Shown one piece after another: positions 62,816 to 64,000 of a stretch of 64,000 nucleotides of DNA. Within the stretch, counting starts at the first letter, position 1, and every line of letters begins with the position of its first letter. The notes below the pieces were generated by a model. The model was given only the letters and a program-made list of their open reading frames with translations. It made no database searches and had not been told where the DNA came from. Source of the stretch: Mytilus trossulus (taxonomy: Eukaryota); contig NC_086381.1 of assembly GCF_036588685.1 (NCBI RefSeq), forward strand, positions 6,758,001 through 6,822,000. Direction: 5' to 3'. The translations under genes and the position numbers were made by a program.

Positions 62816-64000
62816 AATATGTGACACCATATTTATAATACGCCTGTTTTTAAATAAGATAATGGCATATACATGAATTCATTTGGAATACATCTGACTC
62901 TATGAACGTACATATTTTCACCTTTTTGTGACATCGAGCGAGCATCACTGAAGAGTTATTAATAGTCGAAATTCAATGATTATGAGCCATTGTACCATTA
63001 ATGTTATGATTACCACGTTTTAAATACCTCTTCTAAATCCCCGAGGGTATCAGTAGCCAATGCAAGCATCAACTACCTTGGTATACACAATTTGTATTGT
63101 TCGTATTTCCGGTTAATCAACAACATCCCCCTTTCCACCAACAATTCCAACTTCTAATAATAAAAAAACTCAACAAAAACAATAAAACAAGACATCCCAT
63201 GTTTTGTAATTAACTTCGTCTTAGAGAATAAAAGAAACAGAAGTGTTTTGTTAATAACTATGGGATGATATTAACTTGATTTAATCGAGTATTTGTTGTT
63301 ATAATGTCTTAGTGCTAATAACTTAAATCAGTACTTTTATATTTCCACAGCCTCCACAGATCTTGTCCAGTATCGATTTATTGTAGTCGTTTTAATAAGT
63401 TCATAATGTTATTTAACTATCATTAGTCATAGCATGCTAGACAACAGCAAATATTTAAACGTGGGAAAGTAAGAATGTTAATGTGCATCTCTATCTACGA
63501 TCTCCATGAACGGTTTAATAGTTATAGTTATAATAATCACTGTTGCACTATATTTTGTTTTTATACAAATTGCATGCAATATTTAAATGTTGTTTGGGTT
63601 CCGCCTACAACTATTAGTGGCATATAGAACCACGGCCCTGTTAATCTATTATAGTACCATTTGCTAGTAAAACATAATTTTTCGAATTTTACAACAATCC
63701 CTGTCAAATTAATTGAAACGTACATACCTGTAATTCAAGCTGTTTCTAAACAAGATTTTTTATTTCTGTAGATAAAATGTAGGTTATATTTGTTTTGTGA
63801 TCGTTTATGATAATAGGGTACATTAAAATTGATATTTTACACTATAATTACATCAAATATTAATCAAAAGAAACAATTATCGGTTCAATTTAACATTAGT
63901 GTATCGGTGTTCTATATTTTTATTTTATAGGGAAGTTTGTTCTGTGTCAAAGATTTAACAGGATCCGATGAGCTCTAAAGTACAACTGAATTTTATCGAT

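Overview
AT-rich eukaryotic genomic DNA. The repeat content resembles a bivalve such as Mytilus; this is an inference. The main feature is a ~13.85-kb Kolobok-like DNA transposon (757-14610) starting at a TTAA site. It carries one minus-strand gene that I could splice by hand into 9 GT-AG exons with compatible phases and no stops (2625 nt, ~874 aa). The protein is a zinc-finger/DDE transposase fused to an intact DEDDh exonuclease with a PML-like C-terminus. Its introns hold several nested MITEs. The right TIR lacks its last ~4 nt and TSD and runs into a 50-bp satellite. The left flank (1-756) is repeated apparently identically at 18096-18851, ending at the empty TTAA site. The rest of the window is non-coding: a non-autonomous TTAA element, a Tc1 relic, a Penelope RT relic, minimal type I hammerhead ribozymes, MITEs, minisatellites and three dispersed repeat families. 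There are weak hints of a host gene with a very long intron.
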